NCBI GenBank assembly: GCA_008933025.1
Contig: WBXI01000003.1
Location: 1 to 61,161 of the forward strand
DNA from: Verrucomicrobiota bacterium
GTDB taxonomy: Bacteria; Verrucomicrobiota; Verrucomicrobiia; Limisphaerales; UBA9464
Direction: 5' to 3'
Length of the DNA: 61,161 bases
A program made the translations under genes and the position numbers. The notes below the pieces were generated by a model. It ran no database searches, had not been told where the DNA came from, and saw only the letters and a program-made list of their open reading frames with translations. Positions 11,887 through 21,372 of this stretch are shown here, one piece after another (the first letter of the stretch is position 1; each line of letters opens with the position of its first letter).

Positions 11887-12072
11887 GGGCGAATCGATAG
11901 CCGACCCAACCCCGCGACGCGAGGCCCATGCCGCGGTTCCACCGGCGTCCGGCGCGACCCGGCCGTCGGGACGTTTCCCGACGCCGTCGCGGAGCGACGG
12001 GAGGCCGGCGATCGCGGCGGCGGCGGGATGCACCCCCGGGACGCAAGAAGGCCGCGCGCCCAAAGAAACCAG

Positions 12073-12100
12073 TTGCCGGGTTCCGGTCGGTTGGTAGGTT
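12073..12100 (+). promoter_or_regulatory. Putative promoter of rpsB-tsf
   Basis: TTGCCG-16 nt-TAGGTT with an extended -10 TG, about 155 nt upstream of rpsB. Confidence 0.45.
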
Positions 12101-12255
12101 CTCCGTCCCTTTTCCGGGTGTTCCGGGATCGGGAAAACGGTCTTAAAAATGCCGGCGCGTCGGCGTCCGGGGGCCACAACAACACCGAATAAAATCCGGT
12201 ACTTCCGCCGGATGGTCCCGAATCGGGATCCGAACCACCGGAAGCGCACAGAGTC

Positions 12256-13053
12256 ATGAGCAATACGACAGTCCAGGAACTTCTCGAAGCCGGCGTCCAC
12301 TTCGGACACCAGACCCGCCGTTGGAATCCGAAGATGAAGCCCTTCATCTTCGAGGCCCGCAACGGGATCCACATCATCAATCTGGACATCACCGTCGGGC
12401 AGTTGGAGAAAGCCTGCGCATTCCTCGCGGAAGTCGCCGGCAAGGGCGGCAACATCCTTTTCTGCGGCACCAAGAAGCAGGCCCAGGAAGCCGTCAAGGA
12501 AGCCGCGTTGTCCTGCGGCCAACCGTTCATCACCGGGCGTTGGCTCGGCGGCACCCTCACCAACCTCCGCACCGTCAAGCGCTCCCTCGCCCGCATGAAG
12601 GAAATCGAGCGCATGGACCAGGACGGCTCGATCAACAACTACGTCAAGCAGGAGCAGTCGATGCTCCGCCGCGAGCACCAGCGCATCGCCAAGAACCTCG
12701 ACGGCATGCGCACCATCGACGCGTTGCCCGACGCGATGTTCGTCATCGACATCAAGCGCGAGCACAACGCCATCGCGGAGGCCCGCCGCCTCAAGATCCC
12801 CATCGTCGCCGTCGTCGACACGAACTGCGACCCCGATCTCGTGGATTACCCGATCGCCGGCAACGACGACGCCATCCGCGCGGTGAAACTGATGCTCAAC
12901 GCCGTGGTCAACACCATCGGCAAGGCCAAGGCCGAGTACGATTCGAAGCGCGCCCGCAAGCCGGCCCGCGAGGAAGAAGCCGCCGCTCCCGCCCCGGCTC
13001 CCGCCCCGGCTGCCGCCCCGGCTGCCGCTCCCGAGGTCGCCCCGGTCGCCTGA
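12256..13053 (+). CDS. rpsB: 30S ribosomal protein S2
   Basis: LLEAGVHFGHQTRRWNPKM, RWLGGTLTN, DTNCDPD, GNDDAIRAV; Ala/Pro-rich tail encoded by imperfect 12-bp repeats. Confidence 0.99.
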   Translation: MSNTTVQELLEAGVHFGHQTRRWNPKMKPFIFEARNGIHIINLDITVGQLEKACAFLAEVAGKGGNILFCGTKKQAQEAVKEAALSCGQPFITGRWLGGTLTNLRTVKRSLARMKEIERMDQDGSINNYVKQEQSMLRREHQRIAKNLDGMRTIDALPDAMFVIDIKREHNAIAEARRLKIPIVAVVDTNCDPDLVDYPIAGNDDAIRAVKLMLNAVVNTIGKAKAEYDSKRARKPAREEEAAAPAPAPAPAAAPAAAPEVAPVA

Positions 13054-13066
13054 TCCCGTCTTTCCG

Positions 13067-13113
13067 AATCCGCCGCCACTCGGCCCGCAGGGCGGGGTTG
13101 GCGGCGGATTTTT
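13067..13113 (+). terminator. Stem-loop plus T-run between rpsB and tsf (attenuator-like)
   Basis: AATCCGCCGCCA...TGGCGGCGGATT followed by TTT. Confidence 0.6.
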
Positions 13114-13142
13114 CCACGAACCGAATCCCATCTTTTCCCACC

Positions 13143-13982
13143 ATGGCTGAAATCACTCCCGCGCTCGTCGGCCAGCTCCGCGCGATGACCGGCGCCGGCC
13201 TCATGGCCTGCAAGAAGGCCCTCGACGAAACCCAGGGCGACCTCCAGGCCGCCGTCGACATCCTCCGCAAACAGGGTGCCGCCGCCGCCGTCAAGAAGGC
13301 CGACCGCAGCGCCAACGAGGGCCTCATCGGCCAGTCCGTCGTCAACGGCGGCAAGGTCGGCGTCCTCATCGAGGTCAACTGCGAGACCGACTTCGTCGCC
13401 CGCAACGACAGCTTCAAGGCCTTCGTCGGCGAACTCGCCGCCAAGGTCGCCGCCCAGCCCGGCGCCGATCTCGAACCCGATCGCGTGGCCGCGGTCGCCC
13501 GCATCGGCGAGAACATCCTGATCCGACGCCACCAGCGCCTCGAGGTCCAGGGCAGCGGCCTCGTCGCCGCCTACATCCACACCGGCGGCAAGGTCGGCGT
13601 GCTCGTCGAGGTCGGCGCCACCAAGGACGCCACCACCGCGAGCGAGGAATTCAAGCAACTGGTCCGCGACATCACCCTGCAGATCGCCGCCGCCAGCCCC
13701 GTCTCCATCTCCCGCGACGACGTCCCCGCGGCGTTGGTCGAGAAGGAGAAGGAAATCGCCTCGCAGAGCGACGCCATCAAGGGCAAGCCGCCCCAGGCCG
13801 TCGCCAAGATCATCGAGGGCAAGCTGAACAAGTACTTCGAGACCGGCTGCCTCCTCGAGCAGGGCTTCGTCAAGAACCCCGACCTCAAGGTCCAGGCCCA
13901 CATCGGGACCGTTGCCAAGCAACTCGGCGACGAGATCTCCGTGCGTCGTTTCCTCCGGTTCCAGGTCGGCGAAACGATCTGA
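13143..13982 (+). CDS. tsf: Translation elongation factor Ts
   Basis: LRAMTGAGLMACKKAL, EVNCETDFVA, YIHTGGKVGVLV, LLEQGFVK. Confidence 0.99.
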   Translation: MAEITPALVGQLRAMTGAGLMACKKALDETQGDLQAAVDILRKQGAAAAVKKADRSANEGLIGQSVVNGGKVGVLIEVNCETDFVARNDSFKAFVGELAAKVAAQPGADLEPDRVAAVARIGENILIRRHQRLEVQGSGLVAAYIHTGGKVGVLVEVGATKDATTASEEFKQLVRDITLQIAAASPVSISRDDVPAALVEKEKEIASQSDAIKGKPPQAVAKIIEGKLNKYFETGCLLEQGFVKNPDLKVQAHIGTVAKQLGDEISVRRFLRFQVGETI

Positions 13983-14018
13983 CGCCCCGCGCGACGGTCC
14001 GCCCGTCCCGCCCCCGAC

Positions 14019-14055
14019 GCCCCGTCCGGCCCCGTGCCCGACGGGGCTTTTGTTT
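14019..14055 (+). terminator. Rho-independent terminator after tsf
   Basis: GCCCCGTC...GACGGGGC stem followed by TTTTGTTT. Confidence 0.75.
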
Positions 14056-14108
14056 GCCCGCGCCCGCCGCGTGGCCGCCTTCGCCTTCCGTCGATTCCCC
14101 GTGCCGCC

Positions 14109-15155
14109 TCAGGGCTTCCCTTTCCAGACGTCGAAGCCCACGCGCAACGGTTCCCATCCGGCCAACCCCTCGGGTTTCACCGCTCCCCAGGTCGTCACCA
14201 GCAAACCCAGCATCCGCGGATCCCCCAGCGCCCGCGCCTCGGTCGCGAACGCCCTTGCCGATTCCACGTTCTTCCACGACGACGGCCACACCCGGAATCC
14301 CTTCGACGCCAGCAACCGCAGGGAACCGTATTCCCTGGGTTTGCCCGGGTACTTGGCCAACGGCTCGTAGTGCCAGTCGCACTGGACGATGTCCTTGGGA
14401 ATCCGGTCGATCGCCGGGGCCGTGCCATTCCTCGCCGCTTCCCATTCGCCCAAACCGGTCGTCTTCGCGTCGAGCAACCGGTCGGACCACATCAGCATCT
14501 CGAGCTTCCGACGCCCCACGACGTGGGCGTGCAGTTCGTCGACGCTGTCAGCGAACAACGTGGCCGCGTCCACCCCGCGGCATCGCGCGCAGTGTTCCGA
14601 TCCGATCACGAACACCTCGTCCATCCCCACGTGCAGGGCGTCCGCTCCGAATCCATCGATGATCTCGTCCAGCAAATCGCGGACGAACGCTTCCCGCCCC
14701 GGTGCGCGCGGGCACCAACTGCGGCAATAAATCCCCTGGTTTCCGGGATACCGGCCCGGTGTCTCGTCGAATTCCGGATGTTTCGCCAGCAGCGGGTGCG
14801 TCGTACCCGCCCACGATTGGTGGCCGAGGCAACTGAACTGCGGGATCAACCGGATGCCCTGGGCGTGGCAGGCCTCGGTGAGTCGGCGCGCGTCTTCCCG
14901 TGTCAGGGCATTCCCGCCGCGGACCTCCGGATGGCTGTCGAAGGCGAATCCGTAGTCGACCTCCACCACGAGCACGTTCAACCCGGTGGCGCGGAGGGCC
15001 GGCAGGGCGGACTCGATCTCGCGGGCCATCGCCGGCCCGTGCAACAGGACGTGCGCGCCGCGCCACACCGGGTTGCGGGCCCGCCATTCGTCGATCCACG
15101 CGGCCCGGGCAACCCACGAACCGAGGACGGCAAGGAGGATCAGGAGGGGCCGCAT
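14109..15155 (-). CDS. Secreted glycoside hydrolase, family 20-like
   Basis: Signal peptide MRPLLILLAVLGSWVARA; IPQFSCLGH; catalytic ALHVGMDEV; MLMWSDRL; CDWHY. Confidence 0.8.
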   Translation of the reverse strand: MRPLLILLAVLGSWVARAAWIDEWRARNPVWRGAHVLLHGPAMAREIESALPALRATGLNVLVVEVDYGFAFDSHPEVRGGNALTREDARRLTEACHAQGIRLIPQFSCLGHQSWAGTTHPLLAKHPEFDETPGRYPGNQGIYCRSWCPRAPGREAFVRDLLDEIIDGFGADALHVGMDEVFVIGSEHCARCRGVDAATLFADSVDELHAHVVGRRKLEMLMWSDRLLDAKTTGLGEWEAARNGTAPAIDRIPKDIVQCDWHYEPLAKYPGKPREYGSLRLLASKGFRVWPSSWKNVESARAFATEARALGDPRMLGLLVTTWGAVKPEGLAGWEPLRVGFDVWKGKP

Positions 15156-15264
15156 GGACGGACCGTTCCACGGCAGCCGCGGCACCGCAACCGTCCGAAT
15201 GCCGGGGGCGCATCCGGACCTCGTGGATCCGCCGGCCAGCGGCGGGGCCACGCGGCGGGCGGCC

Positions 15265-15645
15265 TCACCGCTTGCGACCCAAAGCCAGCAGTGCGATCGG
15301 CACCGCGATGCCGAGGACCAACGCGATCCATACCGGGGCCGTTTGCCGCAGACTGCGAAACGCCAGCCAAACCCCGATCAGGGTGGACAGCACCATCGCC
15401 GCGGACATCGCGTAGACCAGCGCCTGAAAGCCGCGCGGCGACGACGGATGGGTGCGTTCGACGTCCCCCGGATAGATCTGGTCGGTATGGATCACCCGCA
15501 TCTTCTGGAGAAACGTCTCGGCGTCGCCCGCGGATTTCAGCCGGTCGGGAACCTGCGTCTGGTACCAGCCGCTCAGCACGAAAAAGAGCAGGACCGGCGC
15601 GAAGAACACGCCGAGGTACAGATGCAGGCGCCGGAGCAGTTTCAT
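15265..15645 (-). CDS. Small membrane protein with a PepSY-associated TM helix
   Basis: LRRLHLYLGVFFAPVLLFFVLSG N-terminus, second His (VIHTD), two further TM helices. Confidence 0.7.
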   Translation of the reverse strand: MKLLRRLHLYLGVFFAPVLLFFVLSGWYQTQVPDRLKSAGDAETFLQKMRVIHTDQIYPGDVERTHPSSPRGFQALVYAMSAAMVLSTLIGVWLAFRSLRQTAPVWIALVLGIAVPIALLALGRKR

Positions 15646-15673
15646 GGGGTTGGGTCCGCGATCGCGTCGCCGG

Positions 15674-16366
15674 TCACTTCACCGCGGGAATCCGGATGGT
15701 TTGGCCGACCCGGAGCTTCTTCGGATCCTTGAGGGACGGGTTGGCTTTGACGACGTGGGCCAGCTTCACCTTGAGCCCATGCTGCTTGTTGTAGGCCTCG
15801 ATGATGGCTCCCAAGGTCTCGCCCTCGTCGACCTTGTGCTCGTAGTACTCCGTCGGCAGCTCGGGCCCGGCATCGGCCGGCTTGTCCGCCTTCGCTCCGG
15901 GATCCGCCGCCGGCTTTTCCCCGGTTTTTCCGGCCGGTTTGTCGGCGGTTTTCCCGGCTGGTTTGTCCGCCCCCTTGTCGGCCGGCTTGGGCGCGGGCTT
16001 GGGCGGTTCCGGAATCACGACCGGCGGAAGCGTCTTCAGTTTCTCGATGGCCTCGAGGATCTGTTCCTTGTCCTTGGTGCGGTTCTTTTCCACTTCGCGC
16101 ACCTGGTCCGCGAGCTTGGCGAACTGTTCCTGGGTCGCGAGGTTCTTGGTGCCGGAAAGCTGGGTGCGCAGGGCGTCGTTGTCCGACCGAAGCCGGGCCA
16201 CCTCCTGGCGGAGTTGCTGGAGGGTGCCCCGAAAGGACTCGATGCCCTCGTCCTGGGCGGCGACGCGGGCTTTCAGTTGGTTGAAGTCCTCGGAATCGAT
16301 TTCCGCGGCGACGAGGGGCGCGGCGACGAGCAGTCCGGCAAGACCGAGAAGAGCGATGGGACGCAT
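15674..16366 (-). CDS. Exported coiled-coil protein with C-terminal LysM domain
   Basis: Signal peptide, heptad-rich region, K/P/A/D linker, then EHKVDEGETLGAI...ANPSLKDPKKLRVGQTIRIP. Confidence 0.88.
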   Translation of the reverse strand: MRPIALLGLAGLLVAAPLVAAEIDSEDFNQLKARVAAQDEGIESFRGTLQQLRQEVARLRSDNDALRTQLSGTKNLATQEQFAKLADQVREVEKNRTKDKEQILEAIEKLKTLPPVVIPEPPKPAPKPADKGADKPAGKTADKPAGKTGEKPAADPGAKADKPADAGPELPTEYYEHKVDEGETLGAIIEAYNKQHGLKVKLAHVVKANPSLKDPKKLRVGQTIRIPAVK

Positions 16367-16424
16367 GGGGCGTGGTGGGGAAGGATGGGTTTTCGGAAAG
16401 AGACGCGGGCGGGGCGGCGGCACT

Positions 16425-16931
16425 TCAACGGGGCGATGCCGGGACATTGGTCGCGGGCGCCGGTTTCTTCGCTGCCGATGGCTTGGCCGCCTTCTTGGCG
16501 GGGGCCTTCGATGCCGCCTTCTTGGCGGGGCTCTTCGCCGGCGTCTTCGCCCCCCCGGGCACGGGTGCCGGCGCGAAGTTCTTGAGGCGGTCGAGCGCGT
16601 CGAGCACCTGCTGTTTGTCGCGGGTGCGGTTGCGTTCGACTTCCTGGACCTGCGTGGCCAACCGGCCGAGTTGGTCCTGGGTGACGGCACCCCGGGACGC
16701 CGCGGCCTGGGCCCGCAAGGCATCGTTCTCCGCCCGCAACCGCCCGAGCTCCGCGCGCAGCGCCTGCAGGCTGGCCCGGTTCTGGACGACGAACTCGTCG
16801 AAGGAAGCAACCCGGGCCTTGAGGGCGCGATAATCCTCGGGATCCATCTCCGCCGCGCGCGCGGCCGGAACCCAGGAAGCGACGACCAGCCAACCGGCAA
16901 GGCACGGAAGGGCAAGACGACGGAGACTCAT
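16425..16931 (-). CDS. Exported coiled-coil protein, paralog of the adjacent LysM protein, with a Lys/Ala/Pro histone-like tail instead of LysM
   Basis: AEMDPEDYRALKARVA...QVQEVERNRTRDKQQVLDALDRLK aligns with AEIDSEDFNQLKARVA...QVREVEKNRTKDKEQILEAIEKLK; tail KSPAKKAASKAPAKKAAK. Confidence 0.8.
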   Translation of the reverse strand: MSLRRLALPCLAGWLVVASWVPAARAAEMDPEDYRALKARVASFDEFVVQNRASLQALRAELGRLRAENDALRAQAAASRGAVTQDQLGRLATQVQEVERNRTRDKQQVLDALDRLKNFAPAPVPGGAKTPAKSPAKKAASKAPAKKAAKPSAAKKPAPATNVPASPR

Positions 16932-17096
16932 GACGGTGGGCACGCTAGACGGAGGCGCCACGCGCGCACGAAAAAACCTGCGTCGGGCGACGGGAAAGAC
17001 AGCCTTGCGACGAGCTATCCCTGGCCATCGTGGGTCCGGCGTCCCACCACGGCGGCCACCGGGGACGCTTTCAGCCGCGATGGCCAGAGGCACCCC

Positions 17097-17125
17097 TTGA
17101 TTCCGTCCGGGGGTCTCCGTACGGT
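17097..17125 (+). promoter_or_regulatory. Putative sigma70 promoter giving a (near-)leaderless surA-pdxA mRNA
   Basis: TTGATT-17 nt-TACGGT, 8 nt before ATG 17134. Confidence 0.5.
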
Positions 17126-17133
17126 GCGGCGAA

Positions 17134-18114
17134 ATGAGTCGGAAGCGCCTGATTGCCTCGCTGGTCGTTGCGGTGGGGTTTGCCGCCGGTTGCCTCGCCG
17201 AGGACCCGGCCGGAAAAGCCATCCTCCTGAACGGCGTCGCGGCCATCGTCAACGATTCGGTCATCTCCGTGGAAGAAGTACAGGCCTTCACGCGGCGGCA
17301 AATGGAAGCTTTGGGCGGCACCTTCCGCGACCAAGCCGAGATGGACCGCAAGGTGTTGGCCGTGCAGAAGGACAGCCTGGAACTCCTCATCGATCGCCGC
17401 CTCATCATCGGCGATTTCAAATCGGTCGGCGGCGTCCTGCCCGAATCGATCATGGACGAACTCGTGAACTACCGGATCCGCAAGGACTACGTCGACCGCG
17501 TGACGTTGACCAAGGATCTGCACGAAAAGGGCCGTACCTGGGCGAATTTCCGGAAGGAAGAAGGCGAGGCTCTGGTGGTCGAGGAGATGGTCCGGCGGAA
17601 CATCGCCCAGGAGATCCTTGTCTCGCCCCGGAAGATGGAACGCTACTACGCGGCCAACCGGGACAAGTACAAGATGGACGACCGGGTGCATTTCCGGGTG
17701 ATCCAGGTGGACTACCTGAAGCACGCGCGCGGCGAACCCGCGAAGATTGCCGCGGAAGCACTGGCACGGATCAAGGCCGGGGCGGATTTCGCCACCGTGG
17801 CCACCGAGGTTTCCGACGACGCGCGGAGCTACAAGGGCGGCGACCGCGGTTGGCTGGACCGCAAGAGCACCGAACTCCGCAAGGAACTCCGCGACGCGGT
17901 GTTTGCCCTTGCCGTCGGCCAAGTGAGCCCCGTGATCGAGATCGATGGGACCGCCTACATCCTCAAGGCCGAGGAGAAGCAGACGGCCCACGTCCGCACC
18001 TTGGCCGAGATGCGGAACGAGATCGAGGGCATCCTCCGCCAAGAGGAACGCAAACGCCTTCGCGAGGCCTGGATCGGACGCCTCCGCAAGAAGGCCTACA
18101 TCCGTCTTTTTTGA
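17134..18114 (+). CDS. surA: SurA/PrsA-like peptidyl-prolyl isomerase chaperone
   Basis: Signal peptide; NGVAAIVNDSVIS (SurA N-domain); parvulin GADFATVATEVSDD..KGGDRGW; LRKKAYI; upstream of pdxA. Confidence 0.82.
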   Translation: MSRKRLIASLVVAVGFAAGCLAEDPAGKAILLNGVAAIVNDSVISVEEVQAFTRRQMEALGGTFRDQAEMDRKVLAVQKDSLELLIDRRLIIGDFKSVGGVLPESIMDELVNYRIRKDYVDRVTLTKDLHEKGRTWANFRKEEGEALVVEEMVRRNIAQEILVSPRKMERYYAANRDKYKMDDRVHFRVIQVDYLKHARGEPAKIAAEALARIKAGADFATVATEVSDDARSYKGGDRGWLDRKSTELRKELRDAVFALAVGQVSPVIEIDGTAYILKAEEKQTAHVRTLAEMRNEIEGILRQEERKRLREAWIGRLRKKAYIRLF

Positions 18115-18142
18115 GCCTCGAAACGCCGGCCGACTGGCCCCG

Positions 18143-19147
18143 GTGAAAGCCGTCCCCACCACCCTGGCGGTCACGCTGGGCGATCCCACCGGCATCGGGC
18201 CCGAGGTGACGTTGCGGGCTCTCGCCGCGGTCCTCGCGGACGACTCCACGACGCGCTACGTGGTGGTCGGGGACCGCGGTCTGGCGGCACGATTGGGCGG
18301 CGTTCCCGGATGCGGCAACGATCTGCCGGAGTACTTGCCGGACGCCGCGGACCCGGCCCGCGTGAGCCTCGCCAGCCCGATCCCGTCCCTGCCCGCCGGC
18401 TTGGCCCATGACGACCCGGCGGCGGCGAATGCCGCGGTCGCTTGGCTGCGCCATGCGGCCATGGGGTGTCTCCGGGGCGACTTCCACGGGGTCGTCACGG
18501 GACCGGTCAACAAACAGTCGATCCTCGAGGCCGGACACCGGTTCGTCGGGCAAACCGAATTCCTTGCCGAACTCTCCGGCGTGGCGCGGCACGCGATGAT
18601 GCTGTTGGGGCACGACGAGAAGGGGCGCTGGCTGCGGGTGGCGCTCGCCACGACCCATTTGCCCCTGCGGGACGTCGCGGCGGCGCTGGATGCGTCCAAG
18701 GTCCGGCAAGCCGTCGAATTGGCGGCCGAAGCGTGCGCACTGCTTGGATTGCCCCGGCGGCGCGTGGGCGTGTGCGGGCTCAATCCCCATGCCGGCGAGG
18801 GCGGCCACCTCGGCCGCGAAGAAGCCGACTGGATCGCCCCGCTGGTGGCACGCCTGCGGGCCGAGGGGTTGGACGTGCACGGACCGCTGGCGGCGGACAC
18901 GCTCTTCCACCAGGCGCTCCACGGCGCCTTCGACGCGGTGGTGGCGATGTACCACGACCAAGGCCTCGCCCCGCTGAAGCTCGTGGCGTTCGACAACGGC
19001 GTGAACTGGACCCTCGGCCTTCCCTTCGTGCGCACTTCGCCCGATCACGGGACCGCGCGCGATCTGGTGGGGACCGGCCGCGCGAGCCCGGCCAGCATGG
19101 TCTCGGCGATCCGACTGGCGCGCACGATCGCCGGGTCGCGCCGCTGA
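18143..19147 (+). CDS. pdxA: 4-hydroxythreonine-4-phosphate dehydrogenase
   Basis: TLGDPTGIGPEV, VTGPVNK, GLNPHAGEGG, AMYHDQGL, GLPFVRTSPDHGTA. Confidence 0.96.
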   Translation: MKAVPTTLAVTLGDPTGIGPEVTLRALAAVLADDSTTRYVVVGDRGLAARLGGVPGCGNDLPEYLPDAADPARVSLASPIPSLPAGLAHDDPAAANAAVAWLRHAAMGCLRGDFHGVVTGPVNKQSILEAGHRFVGQTEFLAELSGVARHAMMLLGHDEKGRWLRVALATTHLPLRDVAAALDASKVRQAVELAAEACALLGLPRRRVGVCGLNPHAGEGGHLGREEADWIAPLVARLRAEGLDVHGPLAADTLFHQALHGAFDAVVAMYHDQGLAPLKLVAFDNGVNWTLGLPFVRTSPDHGTARDLVGTGRASPASMVSAIRLARTIAGSRR

Positions 19148-19175
19148 AACGCCCGCCGGGCAGGCCGCCGGCGGC

Positions 19176-21134
19176 TCAACGCGGCAGGCGTTCGTCGAGG
19201 TCGGCGACCGTGTAGACGAGGACCGCCAGCGCGGCCGAACACCGCGCCAACGATTTCGGATCCACCCGCTCCGGGGTGTCGGCATCCGTGTGGTGGAACC
19301 AGAAGTACTTGCCGGCGCTGGTCCGCAACGCGGCCACCGGAACTCCCGCCTCCAACAAGGCCCCGTTGTCCGCATCCTGCCCGCCGAGCGTCGTCTTGCC
19401 GGCGCCCACGCGCCCGGCCAACAACGATCCGATGCCCCGCATCAGCGCCATCCCGCCGTCGCTGCCCGTGAACCCGAAACCCTCGGGATCGAAGGCGCCG
19501 CTGTCGCTTTCGATCGCGAGGACATGGCGATCCAACTCGGCCCCGTGGGCCTCGCGGTACCCCTTGGCGCCGCGCCCGCCGTTTTCCTCGTTGGTCCACA
19601 ACACGACGCGGATCGTGCGCCGCGGCCGCAACCCCAACTGCTTCAGCAGTCGCAAGGCTTCCCACGCCGCGATGCATCCGCCGCCATCGTCCAGGGCGCC
19701 CCGGCCCACGTCCCAAGAATCCACGTGGCCACCCACCACGACGACCTCCTCCGGCCATTCGCTCCCGCGCAGTTCGGCCACCACGTTGCGCGACATCGCG
19801 TCGGGTTCCGTGCGGGAGGTCAGGTTGACCGAGAGAACCACGTTCGATCCCCGGTCCTGCCAGCGGTGCAGACGCTGGGCGTCCTCGTCCGAAATCGCGG
19901 CGAACGGGATCCTCGGCACGCCGTCGTCGTACTTCATCGCGCCCGTGTGGGGCGTGCGCAGTCCAAAGTCGCCGATCGAACGGACCAACCCCGCGACCGC
20001 CCCGACGCGCGCCGCCGCCGTGGCCCCGGCCCACCGGTAATTCACGCTGTCCCCGTATTTCGTGAACGGGACGTCGTACACCACGATCCGCCCGACCGCA
20101 TCGGCCGCGTGGGCGGTGAGGTCGGCGTAGTTGGTCACGATCAGGGCCAGGGCGGTGATGCCCCCGGCCGGGGTCGCGACGCTGCCGCCCAACGCAAGCA
20201 TCGGAAGATTGTCGACGGTGGGCCCGACCAATTGCACCGATCCCTCGCCCCGCACCCACCGCGGGACGGCGATCGGTTCCCCGCGGACGTTGTCGAAGCC
20301 GTCGGCCCGCATTTCGGCGAGGATCCAATCGATGGCGGACTCGAGGTTGGTGGTGCCGGAAAAGCGCGGTCCAAAGCGGTCGCAGAGTTCCGCGAGCCGG
20401 CGCCACGCGGCGTCGGAAGGCAACGCCGCGGCGACGATCCTGTCGGCCGCGACGGCGAACCGTTCGGGAAGAATCGCGGCACCGTTGGTCCCGATGGCGA
20501 GGGCGGGCACGGGAGCCGGGGCGAGCGAGCGCCACCGGATGCCACGGAGTTCCGCGGTCGTGGCCCAACTGGCGATCCCGAACGGCTTGCTCAACTCGAT
20601 GTCGCCGGAGCGCAACGCGATCTTCTTGCCCCGCGGATCGACGTTCACCAGGCGATCGTCGTCGATCCATGCCGAGATGTTGGTGGAGGTGACGGCGAGC
20701 CGGATGCGGTACCAGCGTTCGTTCTGGAACCGGACGTACTTGGTGGTCTCGTTCTCCGAGGCATCCTGTCCGTCGAGCGAAGAGATGCCGACGACCGCCC
20801 CGCCCCAACCGCCGACGATCAGGGAGGCGAACGTGTCCCGGAACGGAAACGTGAGCCCGCAGAAGAAATCCCCGCCGAGGGCGCGCTTGGCCTCCAACTC
20901 GACCTCGTAGTCGATGTTGGCCGGCGCATTCTTGCGGTGGATGCCCGTGAGAATTCCCTGGTTGAGGACGATGGCCCCGTCGCGGACCTCGATGTCCCCG
21001 TGCCCCGCGAAGCCGGTCGCTTCCCAGCCGTCGATGGACTTCCCGTCGAACAACGATTTCCAGTCCGCGCCCCGGGAACACGGCACCACGCAAAGGATCG
21101 CGAACCAGAGGACCAGCGACATCGTCGGACGCAT
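19176..21134 (-). CDS. Secreted fusion of a DUF1080 (3-keto-disaccharide hydrolase-like) domain and an M28 carboxypeptidase Q-like domain
   Basis: Signal peptide; WKSLFDGKSIDGW...DYEVELEAKR..GGDFFCG (DUF1080); then DRFGPRFSGT, PA domain, GGHVDSWDVGRGALDDGGG, WTNEENG, ESDSG, YFWFHHTDADT. Confidence 0.88.
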   Translation of the reverse strand: MRPTMSLVLWFAILCVVPCSRGADWKSLFDGKSIDGWEATGFAGHGDIEVRDGAIVLNQGILTGIHRKNAPANIDYEVELEAKRALGGDFFCGLTFPFRDTFASLIVGGWGGAVVGISSLDGQDASENETTKYVRFQNERWYRIRLAVTSTNISAWIDDDRLVNVDPRGKKIALRSGDIELSKPFGIASWATTAELRGIRWRSLAPAPVPALAIGTNGAAILPERFAVAADRIVAAALPSDAAWRRLAELCDRFGPRFSGTTNLESAIDWILAEMRADGFDNVRGEPIAVPRWVRGEGSVQLVGPTVDNLPMLALGGSVATPAGGITALALIVTNYADLTAHAADAVGRIVVYDVPFTKYGDSVNYRWAGATAAARVGAVAGLVRSIGDFGLRTPHTGAMKYDDGVPRIPFAAISDEDAQRLHRWQDRGSNVVLSVNLTSRTEPDAMSRNVVAELRGSEWPEEVVVVGGHVDSWDVGRGALDDGGGCIAAWEALRLLKQLGLRPRRTIRVVLWTNEENGGRGAKGYREAHGAELDRHVLAIESDSGAFDPEGFGFTGSDGGMALMRGIGSLLAGRVGAGKTTLGGQDADNGALLEAGVPVAALRTSAGKYFWFHHTDADTPERVDPKSLARCSAALAVLVYTVADLDERLPR

Positions 21135-21372
21135 GGCGGTGAGAAAACGGTGGAAGGGCGGCCAGCGGAAGCCGAAAGAAGCGCGCCGGCAACGAACCCC
21201 GTGTTCCCGCCGGAGGGGATCGAGGCCCCACCCCACCCTGCACCCCACCCTGCCCGGACCCATCCCGGATGCCGATGGCAGCCCGCCCGGATTGGCTGCC
21301 ACCGCGCAAATCCAGCCGTTGCGGGTCGGCCGGCACGGCGTCGCGTTCCGCGTCACTCGTGGGACCGATGGT

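Noticed and set aside
12982-13032. 12-bp tandem repeats at the end of rpsB, and repeats in the LysM linker (15880-16010)
   Set aside because: They encode low-complexity Ala/Pro/Lys tails and have no spacers, so they are not CRISPR or a mobile repeat.
21229-21300. Short direct repeat CACCCCACCCTG x2 and a GGCAGCC hairpin in the intergenic region
   Set aside because: Only two copies and not recurring elsewhere in the window; too weak to call an ncRNA or REP element.
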